Source of the DNA: a virus
Lineage: Duplodnaviria > Caudoviricetes
Virus record (IMG/VR): IMGVR_UViG_3300034170_000057
DNA length: 64,000 bases
Strand: one strand, 5' to 3'
The number at the start of each line of letters is the position of its first letter. The stretch's first letter is position 1. Positions 1 to 10,396 of the stretch are shown piece after piece. The translations under genes were made by a program, and so were the position numbers. A model generated the notes under the pieces. It had not been told where the DNA came from. It saw only the letters and a list, made by a program, of their open reading frames with translations, and did no database searches.

Positions 1-2
1 GG

Positions 3-314
3 GAATGTCTTATCTTGGTTGATTCGAAAGCCTTGAACGTGCGCATCACAAGTGGTAAAGCCAGTAGCTTCCTCGACATTGTGTTGGACTCAAAAGAAAT
101 CGCAATTCCACGGGCCGACAAAGAAAACGAAGCCGACCCGGAATCTTTCGATTTGGTTGTTTCTTGTTATTCCAATACGTGGACTGGTGTTGAGAAGAAA
201 ATCTCCAAGATCAACAATCGCGGAGAAGTCGAATTCAATGCTGTCGTGGTCAATCCCGATGGCACTGTTACGGACGAAGAAATTTCCATACTCCAAACGG
301 CGGGTGATGTATGA
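3..314 (+). CDS. 5'-truncated hypothetical protein, probably virion/tail-associated
   Basis: Frame is open from the window edge; stop overlaps next ATG (ATGA); lies upstream of the tail module. Confidence 0.55.
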   Translation, partial: ECLILVDSKALNVRITSGKASSFLDIVLDSKEIAIPRADKENEADPESFDLVVSCYSNTWTGVEKKISKINNRGEVEFNAVVVNPDGTVTDEEISILQTAGDV

Positions 315-1666
315 AGCCACTCCAAGTTTACCGTCCACCGGCCCGCACAATCGTGACGGAAACGCGCCAGTTTCTGGTGGACAATACGCGGCGCACAGGC
401 ATTAACGCTTTCAGTGTCGCGACTAAAGTAACAGAAGCAACACTCGATCAAAAAGACATTACGATCGGTCCCGGAAATCCGTACACAATTAAGGATGTGC
501 ATCACATTCTTTCTATTCAGTGTCCGCATCCGATCCAGATTGAAATGCTCGCCTTCGGTACGATTCCAGAACCAGAAGTGCGCACGGAACAGGTTTATTT
601 CGACGCTGAAATTGTGATCGGTGTAGCGAACGCCTCGCGCTTTGTGACGGTTCGCGTTATTGATCAGGACATTTTCACTTCGGCACCAATCACTATTTCC
701 GTGCAGAATATGCGGACTGGTGAAACCGAAGAGGTGCAGCTGCAACGCGTCGAGTCCGGTATTTATGAGTCCTTTTTGCAGACGCAAAACAACGATGCGA
801 CCGGCACCGATTTTGACGGCACAATGTTCTGCCGAAAAGATGACACGTTGCGATTCATTTACGAAGAGCCTTACGACGTCACCGGGAAATCCCGTGTAGT
901 GACAAAAGATCAGGTTGTTACGCTGGATTTCGAACCGACTACGATTGACGTTCCGGCCACTGTTGTTTTCGGTGGTTTCCTGAATTTCAAGGTGCGTAAT
1001 GCACGATCGCAATCGGCGCAGATTACCAACGTTCGCAGTGGTTCCACCTTGACCGTTTTACACAGTGCGTTCGTACCCATTGAATTGACGTTCAACGACG
1101 GCCCAGCGGCTCTGGCAGTGAACGATAATGACGTAATTCAGATTGTCACCCAAGGCCGGGATATCTACGGTCAAGTGCAAAACGTTATTTCTGAAGTCAC
1201 TGTGCGCCCTGCTGACACTGCTGTAATTGACGCTCCGACACAGGTTGATATCACTAAACCTTTCTCGGTATTGATCACGGATAACAGCGCAGGCAATTCG
1301 AAAAGCGTTGTGTTCCGCAATCAATTGACGGGCTCTGTTTTCAGTTACCCGTTGAATCAAATGTTTTATCCGTATTCCGGCAAATATGGGATTGATCTGG
1401 AATCGTTCCACCACATCGGCCTGCCGGGCCAACCTGTTTCAATCGAATATACGGTTGGAGTTTCGACCGTGACAAAAACGCTGGAATTGGTAATGCCTGC
1501 AACGGCATCCTGTCCCGCGCCAGCCGTAACCGATCCGGATGCTGGTGTTCAAAGCACTCCGGTAAAAATGACGGTAAATGGTCAATTCTTTCTGAATGGA
1601 TCTTTTGCCGGAACCATTCGGCTTTCGTCCGATATGGTCGTTCGCTGTACTTTGATAAAAGCGTAA
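311..1666 (+). CDS. putative virion structural protein (beta-rich, Ig-like repeats possible)
   Basis: 451 aa, V/T/I-rich beta-strand pattern, immediately upstream of tail sheath. Confidence 0.55.
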   Translation: MKPLQVYRPPARTIVTETRQFLVDNTRRTGINAFSVATKVTEATLDQKDITIGPGNPYTIKDVHHILSIQCPHPIQIEMLAFGTIPEPEVRTEQVYFDAEIVIGVANASRFVTVRVIDQDIFTSAPITISVQNMRTGETEEVQLQRVESGIYESFLQTQNNDATGTDFDGTMFCRKDDTLRFIYEEPYDVTGKSRVVTKDQVVTLDFEPTTIDVPATVVFGGFLNFKVRNARSQSAQITNVRSGSTLTVLHSAFVPIELTFNDGPAALAVNDNDVIQIVTQGRDIYGQVQNVISEVTVRPADTAVIDAPTQVDITKPFSVLITDNSAGNSKSVVFRNQLTGSVFSYPLNQMFYPYSGKYGIDLESFHHIGLPGQPVSIEYTVGVSTVTKTLELVMPATASCPAPAVTDPDAGVQSTPVKMTVNGQFFLNGSFAGTIRLSSDMVVRCTLIKA

Positions 1667-1714
1667 TTTATTAGTAATCCCGAAAACAGTTTGGGAGATT
1701 ACTGGAGAAAGTCC

Positions 1715-3307
1715 ATGACCCTACAAAACGGCAGTAATACGTCGGCGGGTGTGTACGGCGGTGAAGTGGATAACTCACAATCCACATCGTCCACCTACCC
1801 GACCACGGGGGCTATGGTAAGTGAATCCAATCGCGGACGTGTTGGCATTCCAACGCTTGTTACCAGCGTGGGGGATTTCCGGGCCAAATTTGGCTTGCGT
1901 GATGCATCGCTTACCTTCGGCCATTTTGCCGCTGAACGCTTCCTGAAAAAAGCACAGCGGCTCTGGTTTTTGCGCGTTGATACCGAAGCAGAATTCGGTT
2001 CGGCAACGGTTGTTACGAAAGACGGATTCGCCATGCCAAAAGCGGCGACCCAAGGTTATCTTGATCCGGATACCGAACACAACCAACTGCCAGACGAAAT
2101 CGGTTTGATTTACGCCGCTGATCCGGGCAAGTGGAACAACCAACTTCGCGTCTTGATGTATCCGGACGTGAACGATATTGAAAACGAGCAATTTGTTTTG
2201 CAAGTTTTCGAAACCAACATGAGTAACCCGGTTGAAACTTACCGTGGCACTCTGCGCGAAAAGGTTGACGGCCAACGCCGCCAATTGAGCATCGCGTACC
2301 AGTTGGAAAACCTCGAATCCCGCGTTCGTTTCAAACCGAACGTTGAGCATCCTGAGTACGTGAGTTCGGGCGGTTCCAAACGTCTGATTAACGCGATTGT
2401 CGAAGTCGATTTGTCCTACGGTTCCAATGGCCGTGTGGCGAACGCTGGCGATATCATCACAGGCTGGGGCGAATTCGAAAACGAGGATGATTTCGAAATC
2501 CGTTTGCTGATCAACGCGGGCTATGCCGACGCGGGGATTCATCAGGAAATGATTCAGCTGGCGGAAACTCGCCGTGACTGTTTCGCGATTCTCGATATTC
2601 CGTCCGATCAACAAACGGTAACGCGTGCGGTTAATTACCGACGCAACACGTTGAACACCAACACCAGTTTCGCCGCACTTTATTGCGCGGATATTCTGGA
2701 AGTTACCGACGATAACCAAGAAGTCTACGTGCCTTGTTCCGGTGCTATCGCTGCTGTGTTCGCACAGTCTGACGAAGCGCGTGACGTATTTTGGGCACCG
2801 GCTGGTGTTATCCGTGGCGTGATCACCGAAATCAGCGGCGTGCGTCACCGTTACTCGCTGCCAGAACGGAACATCCTCGACCAAAACCAAATCAACATGA
2901 TCCACAAGCAAGCCGGTTACGGTTATTGCGTGTGGGGCGCACAGACTTTGCAATCGCAGAAATCGGCGTTGCAAGATGTACCTGTTCGCCGTCTGATTAA
3001 CTTGATCGAAACCACTGCGAAATATGACGTTCTTGTCGGCCTGTTTGATCCGAACGATGAATTCCTGTGGGCACAATTGAAAGGCGTTGTGGAACGTATC
3101 CTCGACCCGATCAAACGTGCGCGTGGTCTGTATTTCTCGGCTGTGTATTGCGACAAGAATACCAACCCGAAATCGCAGATTGCGAATGGTGACGTTGCAC
3201 TGGTCTACGTGATTCAGCCGACTCGTTATGCGAAGCGGATCAAATTCACAACGACTGTTGCGGCCACCGGCCAACTGTCCACCGCCGTGGAACAAATCGC
3301 GGCGTAA
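1715..3307 (+). CDS. contractile tail sheath protein
   Basis: N-terminal SAGVYGGEVD, PG.W.N motif, C-terminal FWAPAG..RG, WGAQTL, VRRL, W..LK..VE..L motifs typical of sheath proteins; GGAGA RBS before ATG 1715. Confidence 0.92.
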   Translation: MTLQNGSNTSAGVYGGEVDNSQSTSSTYPTTGAMVSESNRGRVGIPTLVTSVGDFRAKFGLRDASLTFGHFAAERFLKKAQRLWFLRVDTEAEFGSATVVTKDGFAMPKAATQGYLDPDTEHNQLPDEIGLIYAADPGKWNNQLRVLMYPDVNDIENEQFVLQVFETNMSNPVETYRGTLREKVDGQRRQLSIAYQLENLESRVRFKPNVEHPEYVSSGGSKRLINAIVEVDLSYGSNGRVANAGDIITGWGEFENEDDFEIRLLINAGYADAGIHQEMIQLAETRRDCFAILDIPSDQQTVTRAVNYRRNTLNTNTSFAALYCADILEVTDDNQEVYVPCSGAIAAVFAQSDEARDVFWAPAGVIRGVITEISGVRHRYSLPERNILDQNQINMIHKQAGYGYCVWGAQTLQSQKSALQDVPVRRLINLIETTAKYDVLVGLFDPNDEFLWAQLKGVVERILDPIKRARGLYFSAVYCDKNTNPKSQIANGDVALVYVIQPTRYAKRIKFTTTVAATGQLSTAVEQIAA

Positions 3308-3331
3308 ACCCAACAAAGGAACAGGTGATTT

Positions 3332-3841
3332 ATGCCTAAAGTAACGTTGGACGAAGCGTATAGCCTGCTCGACCCGATGCTGAATGACAACTTTGAACTT
3401 TTGTTCACTGACATTCCGGGCGGTGGCGACGGTCGTCAATTGCGGATTCAATGCTTGGGCGCTTCGCTCCCCGGCGCAAGTCTGCAAACTGTTGAGGTCG
3501 AATTGTTCGGCCACAAACTGATTTTTGCTGCACGTAAAACCTTCAGCCATAGCATGACCGTGGCGCTGCACGAAGTTTATGATGCGCGCACTTATCAGGC
3601 TCTGAAAGATTGGGCGGCTGTTGGCCGTGCAACGCAAACGCAAACTGGTGGTTTCCACGATGCGTACATGCGTACCGCGCAGCTGACCGTGTTCGACCAA
3701 ACTGGCGCGGATGCTGCGTCGTGGAATATTCACCGGATGTTCCCGACCGAAATTTCCGAGTACGCTTTCGAAGGTGCTGGTGGTCAAGCACTCCGTCAGG
3801 ATGCGACCTTCGCCTATGGCTACGTAGAGCGCGTTATCTGA
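3332..3841 (+). CDS. tail tube protein (T4 gp19-like)
   Basis: 169 aa directly after sheath; LPG..., W+++P..IS, F.Y.Y tube-like pattern. Confidence 0.8.
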   Translation: MPKVTLDEAYSLLDPMLNDNFELLFTDIPGGGDGRQLRIQCLGASLPGASLQTVEVELFGHKLIFAARKTFSHSMTVALHEVYDARTYQALKDWAAVGRATQTQTGGFHDAYMRTAQLTVFDQTGADAASWNIHRMFPTEISEYAFEGAGGQALRQDATFAYGYVERVI

Positions 3842-3849
3842 TTTGCGGA

Positions 3850-3883
3850 AAGCCCGGTGCATATTTTTGCATTGGGCTTTTTT
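3850..3883 (+). terminator. intrinsic terminator
   Basis: AAGCCCGGTGCA/TGCATTGGGCTT stem followed by T-run after tube gene. Confidence 0.75.
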
Positions 3884-3903
3884 CGCTTGTGTGGAGTCTA
3901 TAA

Positions 3904-4407
3904 ATGCCAATCCTTTCGCTCGAAGAATTTGCAGAAAAACGTTCGGGTGATCGAAGCCCGATGCTTGATTTTTATTGGTACTGTATCGAATTGCCTTTCG
4001 ACCTTGATCCGTCATACGTCGAGGAAGTTACGCTACCAGTTCCGTCGATCAACATGAAGCCGGTTTTCATGGCTGGTCGTTTTGCACAGTACCCCGGCTT
4101 TCGTGAATTAAGTGCATTCGATCTTACTTTTTACGAAGACGTTTCGATGCGCAGTTTCAAATATGTGGAGGCATGGCGCAATCGTGTGATGCATCCTACG
4201 GAAGGTTATTATTACCTACCGGGAAACTACAAACGCAATATGAAATTTGCTTTGACTGACGGGCGCACAACTGACACGCCTGTCATGACGATAACGCTAG
4301 AGGATGTTTGGCCCACCACCACAAGCCCCATCGGCTTAGTGAACAATGGCGGCCAAGCGATTAAGGTTCAGCAAAACTTTGCAATTGATAGGGTGACATA
4401 CGAATGA
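3904..4407 (+). CDS. second tail tube-like protein (tube initiator/gp54-like)
   Basis: 167 aa; 'LTFYED', 'LEDVWPT', 'F.IDR' tube-fold pattern; position in tail module. Confidence 0.65.
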   Translation: MPILSLEEFAEKRSGDRSPMLDFYWYCIELPFDLDPSYVEEVTLPVPSINMKPVFMAGRFAQYPGFRELSAFDLTFYEDVSMRSFKYVEAWRNRVMHPTEGYYYLPGNYKRNMKFALTDGRTTDTPVMTITLEDVWPTTTSPIGLVNNGGQAIKVQQNFAIDRVTYE

Positions 4408-5186
4408 AATTCGATAGTTCTAATCTGCCGTCCCGTGGGATTCCTTATGCTGTCAAAAGTATCGAGGCAAATCCTTTTCGCCCGCGCCATCTGCCGTATC
4501 TTTCTGAAGCCATCTTGACGAAAAACGATGCGCCTCTGATCGAAGCTGTAGGGCAGGTTTTGGACTTCGATGTAAATCAGCTTACCGACGGGGATTTTTA
4601 TTATATCCTGACGTGGCTGCGTTTCGTTTCGCGTGACCTCCCGATCTTTTGTGAGTGGGAATGCACAGGCCTTGTGTTCACCCGTGAGGATGACCCAACC
4701 GGCAAGCTGTACACCATGGAAGATATCGACAATATGGCCGCGAATTATGATGCGGCTAAAGGCACCGAAGCCGAAGAACACATGGAAGATCCGAGCAAGA
4801 TTCAATGGCTCGAAGAAGACTGCGAACAGTACAACAATCAGACGGCAGCGTTTGAAGATTTTACGATTCGCTACATGGATGAATCCGACCTCGATCCTGA
4901 GCTGGATTATCCGCGTGTGCGCGATTTGGTTTCGTACAAAGAACTCGGCGCCGACGTGCGCAATCAGAAAGTGATCGGCCCCGTGCGTTACCTGAAGGAA
5001 GGTAAAACCCTGCACGAACGCCTAAACTCTCTCGACAATATCGAAATGGAATTGTTCGATAAAGCTACACGCGCCCACTTCCAATTTGACCACGGCGTGA
5101 TGCAGCGCATTCACAAGAAGTGCCCGAAGTGTGGGCGCGAACATGCGTTCGACGTGAACGTCGATGCTCATTCGTTCTTCGTTTAA
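4404..5186 (+). CDS. baseplate hub assembly/tail chaperone, T4 gp26-like (copy 1)
   Basis: LPSRG.PY start, DVNQLTDGDFYYILTWLR, C-terminal CPKC. Confidence 0.65.
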   Translation: MKFDSSNLPSRGIPYAVKSIEANPFRPRHLPYLSEAILTKNDAPLIEAVGQVLDFDVNQLTDGDFYYILTWLRFVSRDLPIFCEWECTGLVFTREDDPTGKLYTMEDIDNMAANYDAAKGTEAEEHMEDPSKIQWLEEDCEQYNNQTAAFEDFTIRYMDESDLDPELDYPRVRDLVSYKELGADVRNQKVIGPVRYLKEGKTLHERLNSLDNIEMELFDKATRAHFQFDHGVMQRIHKKCPKCGREHAFDVNVDAHSFFV

Positions 5187-6155
5187 ATGAAAGACGAATT
5201 AGATGCTCTTTTCGTAGAGGTGGGGGATCTGCTAACTGGCAATCCTGCAATTGACGACTTCTACGATTTCGACCGCATTTATCTGCGTCAATTCGTACTA
5301 AAAGAATTGCCGCTGCTGCATACCGGTATGACGGCTAAGACACGTCCGCACCAGCACATTATCCGTGCGGTGCAAATGTGCTGCAACGTCGATATCAATC
5401 AATTAACAGACGGCGATTTCATGTACATCATGGCGCGTCTGCGAAAAAATTCCTTTCCTGAGTTTCCCGTGCGTGCGCAATACACCTGCAACAATATGGT
5501 TTATGTGAACGCCAAAAACAATATCGGTTTCGGTGTGCAGGCTAAGGACGCCAAGCGTCTTGGCTTTACGCTGCAACCGTGTGGGCACACACAGTCGGAA
5601 ATCGTTCCACAAACTGAAATCCTGCTGAACACTTTGGAAGACGACAACAACCGTTTAATCCATCCGAAAATTTCGTTGCCTCGTGTGGGCACACTGACCG
5701 ATTACTACGAACACATTGACGATCACCCGCGTGATAAATACGTGGGCGATATTGCGCGCTGGGTCAAGCAAGGCAAGACGTTTAAAGCCAAGCTCAATTA
5801 TTTGATGGCGCAGCCGGACATGGTTCTGTTTCATGAAATCGAGAAAGTAAAAACGAAATGGTTTCACGGCGTCACGGAAAAAGTGCGGCTGCGTTGCGGT
5901 CAGTGTAACCACGTTATGTTCCATGAATCGAGTCCATCCATGCTGAGCTTCTTTGCGGATAACTCCGACAAAGACGTTTATGTAATGTGCTATAACCTCA
6001 TGTCACAATTCGGGGTTATGCCTGATATGAATATGCCGGTGCGTATGTTCCTCTATCACCATTCCACTTTGGCAGCCGACCGGCGTGAAGCGGAACAGAA
6101 AGCAAAAGCACAACAAAATGGTGGTAAACCTGTGATGGGCACCAGAAGAAGGTAA
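5187..6155 (+). CDS. baseplate hub assembly/tail chaperone, T4 gp26-like (copy 2)
   Basis: DINQLTDGDFMYIMARLR, CGQC; paralogue of the upstream gene. Confidence 0.6.
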   Translation: MKDELDALFVEVGDLLTGNPAIDDFYDFDRIYLRQFVLKELPLLHTGMTAKTRPHQHIIRAVQMCCNVDINQLTDGDFMYIMARLRKNSFPEFPVRAQYTCNNMVYVNAKNNIGFGVQAKDAKRLGFTLQPCGHTQSEIVPQTEILLNTLEDDNNRLIHPKISLPRVGTLTDYYEHIDDHPRDKYVGDIARWVKQGKTFKAKLNYLMAQPDMVLFHEIEKVKTKWFHGVTEKVRLRCGQCNHVMFHESSPSMLSFFADNSDKDVYVMCYNLMSQFGVMPDMNMPVRMFLYHHSTLAADRREAEQKAKAQQNGGKPVMGTRRR

Positions 6156-6160
6156 ATCGC

Positions 6161-9100
6161 ATGGCTGCTCTAGACAAGCTAAACGAAATTGTTGATAAAC
6201 ACGCGACGGAAAAAACCGAACGCGAAGCGGCGCCAAAGCGTAAGAACGAAACCAAACCACGCCTAATGCAGCACGCACACGTGGCGCAGGATGACGACGT
6301 GCGGCTGTCGGGACAGAAGCGCCATTCGTATGCGCGTACCGGTCGTGCTGATCAGAAAAATCAGGGCCAGAAAAACACTGCGGTTCGCACACAAACGCAG
6401 GCAGGTAAAGGCGACCGTTCCAATGCTGACGCTATCGACGGGCAGACGCAGGTTATCCGCACGCAGGTAATGGCGTCGAATAAACAATCGAATTTGCTGC
6501 AACAGCAATCCGGTTTGATGCAAGATCAATTGGGCGCCATGCGTGACGTATCCGACGTAATCACGCGCCTTGCTGATTTCATGCAAAAGCAAGCGACCAA
6601 GCCAGAACCAAAAGTGCAGGGCGGCCACACTTACGAAGGACAATTTAGTCGCGTAAATGAACAAGAAGTCGCGGCCCAAGAACGTCGCCGCACGATCATG
6701 GATGACATGAAAGAAAGACGCCGCGAAAAACAGCGTGATCGTGCATCACGGCAGGAACGGGATCGCTTAGGACGTTTCAAACGCAGCGCGCCGAAAGGCC
6801 CCAAACTGCAACGTGTTGGCGGTGCTTTGCGTGGCGGTGCTGGCGCTCTAGGTGAAATGGGCGGCCTCGGCGGTCGTGCTGCGGGCATGGGTGCTGCTGC
6901 ATTAGGCCCCCTTCTCGCGTTGGCTACTGCGTACTATGGCGGCAAAGCCATGGATGCAATGTATGACAATGCAACGTTTGAAAAAAGTGAAGCCGGTTCC
7001 CTGCGCAAAGGTTATCAAAGCGCTGGCGATTGGATGCAGGACAAAATGCGTCCTGAGCAAGGGAATTCTTACGTCGATCAAAACACGCGTAATCAAGGCC
7101 GCGACGTAGAAGGCAAAATGATTGGCGAAAAGTCTCGCCATCAAGAATTTGGTGCGATTAGCGCAAACTTCGAATCCGGTGGCCGTGGCGTTGCGACCGT
7201 TTCCACAGGCAAGGGTGATAACGGCGGTGTTTCTTACGGGAAACATCAGCTTAGTTCCAAAGAAGGAACGATGACCGCTTACCTGCGTTCGGAAGACGGC
7301 CAGAAGTATTACAACGATTTCCGAGGACTGGCACCGGGCTCGAAAGAATTCGACTCGAAGTACAAAGAAGTCGCTGGTCGTGACGGTGATGAGTTCGATA
7401 AATCGCAACAGAAATTCGTAACCAAATCACACTACGATCCGCTGGCTGAATGGTTCACCAAACAATACGGCATTGATCTGGATAAGCGCTCGCGTGCTTT
7501 GAAAGAAGCGCTTTATTCTGTGTCGGTTCAGTACGGTGTTTCCACTGGTAAATCTGTTTTAGGTGATGCGTTCGGCAACCGCGATTTGGAAGGTATGGAC
7601 GATGCAACACTGATCGACTATATCCAAGAAACACGGGCCAACACTGTATCGACTCGTTTCCGTTCCAGTGACAAAGCAACACAGGAATCCGTTTACAAAC
7701 GTGCGGGTACTGAAAAAGCTGCGCTGTTGGGAATGCTCAACGAAGAAAAAGCGGGTCCGGGTTCTGCTGCAAAAGATGGTTCCGGAATCGGTGCTGCTTA
7801 TTCGCAGAAAATGATCGGTGCATACGGCGGCCAACCTGCGGGCGGTGGCGGTAGTAACACGGGCACAGGCGCTGCGTCGAACGGCACAATCGGAATCATG
7901 GCCCCTACTTCGGGCGGTGCTGCAACAACTGGTGCGGGTGACGAAGCGGGCGGCGGTACTGCTGCGGCTACGCTTAGTCCGGGTGACGGTGCGCTTTATG
8001 CACTCGGCCAAAAGAACACAATTCCAAACGATAATTCCGTGAACATGTCCGGTTTGAATGACAAATTCAAGCAAGCATTTTTCACCATGGTTGGCGATTG
8101 GGTTCAGAATAATTCCGGCACACAAGTAAAAGTTGCGTCGGCTTTCCGTACCCGTGCGGAACAGGAACAATTGTGGATTAAATACGGTCGCAATACCAAA
8201 CGCGTTGCACGTCCCGGTACGTCGCGGCACGAATCTGGTTTTGCAATCGACATTGACCGCGATTCTGCGTCGAAAATGGAAAGCACTGGCCTGTTCAAGA
8301 AATACGGTTTTCACCGTCCACTTTCTAATGAGCCTTGGCACGTCGAATTAATTGGTGGCTCGAAGGGTGGCGGCACTCCACCGGAAACTAAAGCGTCTGG
8401 CGCTGCCCCGCAATTAATGCAACAGGCGTCCGCTGAAATGGATGCTTCGGCAAAAGCTGTCGCAACAAATAGTGCTGAAGAAAACACGAAAGGTGCGGGC
8501 GCTGCACCGAGCGGTGGTGGTGCAACAACTGGTGCGGGTGACGAAGCGGGCGGCGGTACGGTTGCGAAATCTGGCGTGGCAGGCGGTAAGGATAAAATCG
8601 AGGAAGAGGAAGAAGAGGAAGAGGTAGACGAAAAACCAGAAGGCCCCGAAGGTGAAAATCACGAAATAAAAACGGAAGCAATGCCAGCAACCGTAAACGT
8701 GATGGGCGACACGCCGGTAACTACGCAGGGCGGTGTTCAAAATCCAGACGGAACCTATACAAAATCTGGAGCTAATGGGAATCCCTACGGCACTCCCGGT
8801 TCTCCCGGTACAAAAGCTGGTGGAACGTGGTCACAGCGCAATGGGCAAATGGGCCAAACCATGGGCGGCGGCGGATATTCTGGCTCTCCCGGTACACCCG
8901 GCTACGGTCAACGCGCACGCCCGTATTCCCAAACACAAACCGGTCGCGCAGTAACTGGCGCAGTTACAAAAATCGGTAACGTTATGGGCCTCGGTTCTTT
9001 CGGCACAATGGCTCCCGGCGTAGACGGTGGTTTGCGTGGAATTGATTCGAAAGTAAACGGCGTTTTCAACAAGGTTCCGGGGTTGCGTGAGCTTTCGCGT

Positions 9101-9670
9101 ATTCCGGGTCTTCCACAAATCCCGCGCCTGTCTTCTGGTCTGCCGAGTTTCGGAAATATCGTAACTGGCGCAGCAGATAAAATCGGAAGTTTCTTTGGTG
9201 GTGGCGATCCTGCACCAACCAACGTGCCTTATTCCGAGCGTCCGAAAATCATGAACGGCCAGAAGGTTACATACGATGGCCCTGCCGTAACTTCCACGGA
9301 TCAAATCGGTAAAACTTCGCTGAATGCTCCGGTGGCCGCAATGTCGCCCGCATCTGCAACGTATTACAACAACGATGCGCCGGTAGTTACTAAGTCCGCT
9401 GGCTCTATGCCGATTTCTCCAATGTCTGCACCTTCCCAAGCAACCGCAATGCCTGCACCCGAAGCTGTCGAAAGAAATAGTTTTGACGGCGTACAAAAGG
9501 TTTCTATTGCTTCGTCGGATGTTCCACAAGCCGATGGTGGCGGTGGCGCAGCAGCAGGCGGTGGTGGCGGTAGCGCAGGCGGTGCTAAAAACGATATGCC
9601 ACAAATCGACGACGCACCCGCAATCATGGATGACTTCGGCCTTCTGTTCGTAAATATGGGAATGGTTTAA
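6161..9670 (+). CDS. tape-measure-like virion protein with VgrG3-C-like muramidase and M15 (VanY-like) peptidase domains
   Basis: 1169 aa; FESGGRGVATVSTGKGDNGGVSYGKHQL (muramidase) near 7169-7250; SAFRT..EQ..LW, SRHESGFAID, EPWH (M15 Zn motifs) near 8137-8343; long G/A/S/T-rich linkers. Confidence 0.8.
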   Translation: MAALDKLNEIVDKHATEKTEREAAPKRKNETKPRLMQHAHVAQDDDVRLSGQKRHSYARTGRADQKNQGQKNTAVRTQTQAGKGDRSNADAIDGQTQVIRTQVMASNKQSNLLQQQSGLMQDQLGAMRDVSDVITRLADFMQKQATKPEPKVQGGHTYEGQFSRVNEQEVAAQERRRTIMDDMKERRREKQRDRASRQERDRLGRFKRSAPKGPKLQRVGGALRGGAGALGEMGGLGGRAAGMGAAALGPLLALATAYYGGKAMDAMYDNATFEKSEAGSLRKGYQSAGDWMQDKMRPEQGNSYVDQNTRNQGRDVEGKMIGEKSRHQEFGAISANFESGGRGVATVSTGKGDNGGVSYGKHQLSSKEGTMTAYLRSEDGQKYYNDFRGLAPGSKEFDSKYKEVAGRDGDEFDKSQQKFVTKSHYDPLAEWFTKQYGIDLDKRSRALKEALYSVSVQYGVSTGKSVLGDAFGNRDLEGMDDATLIDYIQETRANTVSTRFRSSDKATQESVYKRAGTEKAALLGMLNEEKAGPGSAAKDGSGIGAAYSQKMIGAYGGQPAGGGGSNTGTGAASNGTIGIMAPTSGGAATTGAGDEAGGGTAAATLSPGDGALYALGQKNTIPNDNSVNMSGLNDKFKQAFFTMVGDWVQNNSGTQVKVASAFRTRAEQEQLWIKYGRNTKRVARPGTSRHESGFAIDIDRDSASKMESTGLFKKYGFHRPLSNEPWHVELIGGSKGGGTPPETKASGAAPQLMQQASAEMDASAKAVATNSAEENTKGAGAAPSGGGATTGAGDEAGGGTVAKSGVAGGKDKIEEEEEEEEVDEKPEGPEGENHEIKTEAMPATVNVMGDTPVTTQGGVQNPDGTYTKSGANGNPYGTPGSPGTKAGGTWSQRNGQMGQTMGGGGYSGSPGTPGYGQRARPYSQTQTGRAVTGAVTKIGNVMGLGSFGTMAPGVDGGLRGIDSKVNGVFNKVPGLRELSRIPGLPQIPRLSSGLPSFGNIVTGAADKIGSFFGGGDPAPTNVPYSERPKIMNGQKVTYDGPAVTSTDQIGKTSLNAPVAAMSPASATYYNNDAPVVTKSAGSMPISPMSAPSQATAMPAPEAVERNSFDGVQKVSIASSDVPQADGGGGAAAGGGGGSAGGAKNDMPQIDDAPAIMDDFGLLFVNMGMV
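7921..8559 (+). repeat. 39 bp exact direct repeat (7921-7959 and 8521-8559) flanking the M15 domain
   Basis: TGCAACAACTGGTGCGGGTGACGAAGCGGGCGGCGGTAC occurs twice, 600 bp apart and in frame. Confidence 0.95.
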
Positions 9671-10387
9671 ATGGCAGTTATCGCGAATCCGTACAATCCA
9701 AAAATTCCCAGCTCGACGCGATCCAAACCGGATATTTCCAGTATCTACACGATCCAGCTGGAGGTGCGTCGAGAAGGGGCCAGCTACCTAACCTTGGATA
9801 CGCCAATTCCGGAAAACTTCGGTTTTTCTTTGGCGTCTTCCTATGACCGACCGTTCGCTAAACCCCTGTCTGAAATGGCAGGGGATAAAATTGGCATGGG
9901 CGGCGAAGCAAAAATGGCCGAGGACGTTGCACGTGCGTCCACCGGCATAACCTCGATCATGAAATATCTTTCGGGTGCGGTATGGTCGTCGGGTTCTGCT
10001 ATGACCATTTCGATTCCGTTCGTGATTGTTGCGCACGATAATGCCTACATGGAAGTGACCCACATAATCAAGAAACTTACACAGCTTGCGGCACCGTCCG
10101 AAAGCACAGTCGGTACATTGATTGCGCCGGGTCCACACGTTGGTAATACCGCTTCGTTGCTCGCTGGTGACTTCACAAGCACCATGCAATTAGGCGGCGA
10201 TGAAATCACGTTGCGTATCGGACGTTTTATGAAATTCACACCGTGTATTATCAACTCGGTGCATACGACATTCGATTCGCAGTTTGATCAGTCAGGCAAC
10301 CCGATTGCCGCAACAATTAACGTCGAGTTCGAAGCCTTCTGGACTACCACGAAAGAAGACCTCGATAAATTCTTCACCATAATCTAA
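9671..10387 (+). CDS. putative baseplate/tail-tube cap protein (gp48-like)
   Basis: 238 aa after tape measure; C-terminal 'CIINSV...FD..GNP..A.INV.F' pattern. Confidence 0.5.
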   Translation: MAVIANPYNPKIPSSTRSKPDISSIYTIQLEVRREGASYLTLDTPIPENFGFSLASSYDRPFAKPLSEMAGDKIGMGGEAKMAEDVARASTGITSIMKYLSGAVWSSGSAMTISIPFVIVAHDNAYMEVTHIIKKLTQLAAPSESTVGTLIAPGPHVGNTASLLAGDFTSTMQLGGDEITLRIGRFMKFTPCIINSVHTTFDSQFDQSGNPIAATINVEFEAFWTTTKEDLDKFFTII

Positions 10388-10396
10388 GGACCATTT

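Noticed and set aside
1775-4015. 746 aa minus-strand ORF
   Set aside because: Antisense shadow of the sheath and tube genes; no RBS or motifs; expected from biased codon usage
8602-8625. Poly-Glu run and G/S/A-rich tracts in the tape-measure protein as a contingency repeat
   Set aside because: Mixed GAG/GAA codons, not a pure slippage-prone repeat
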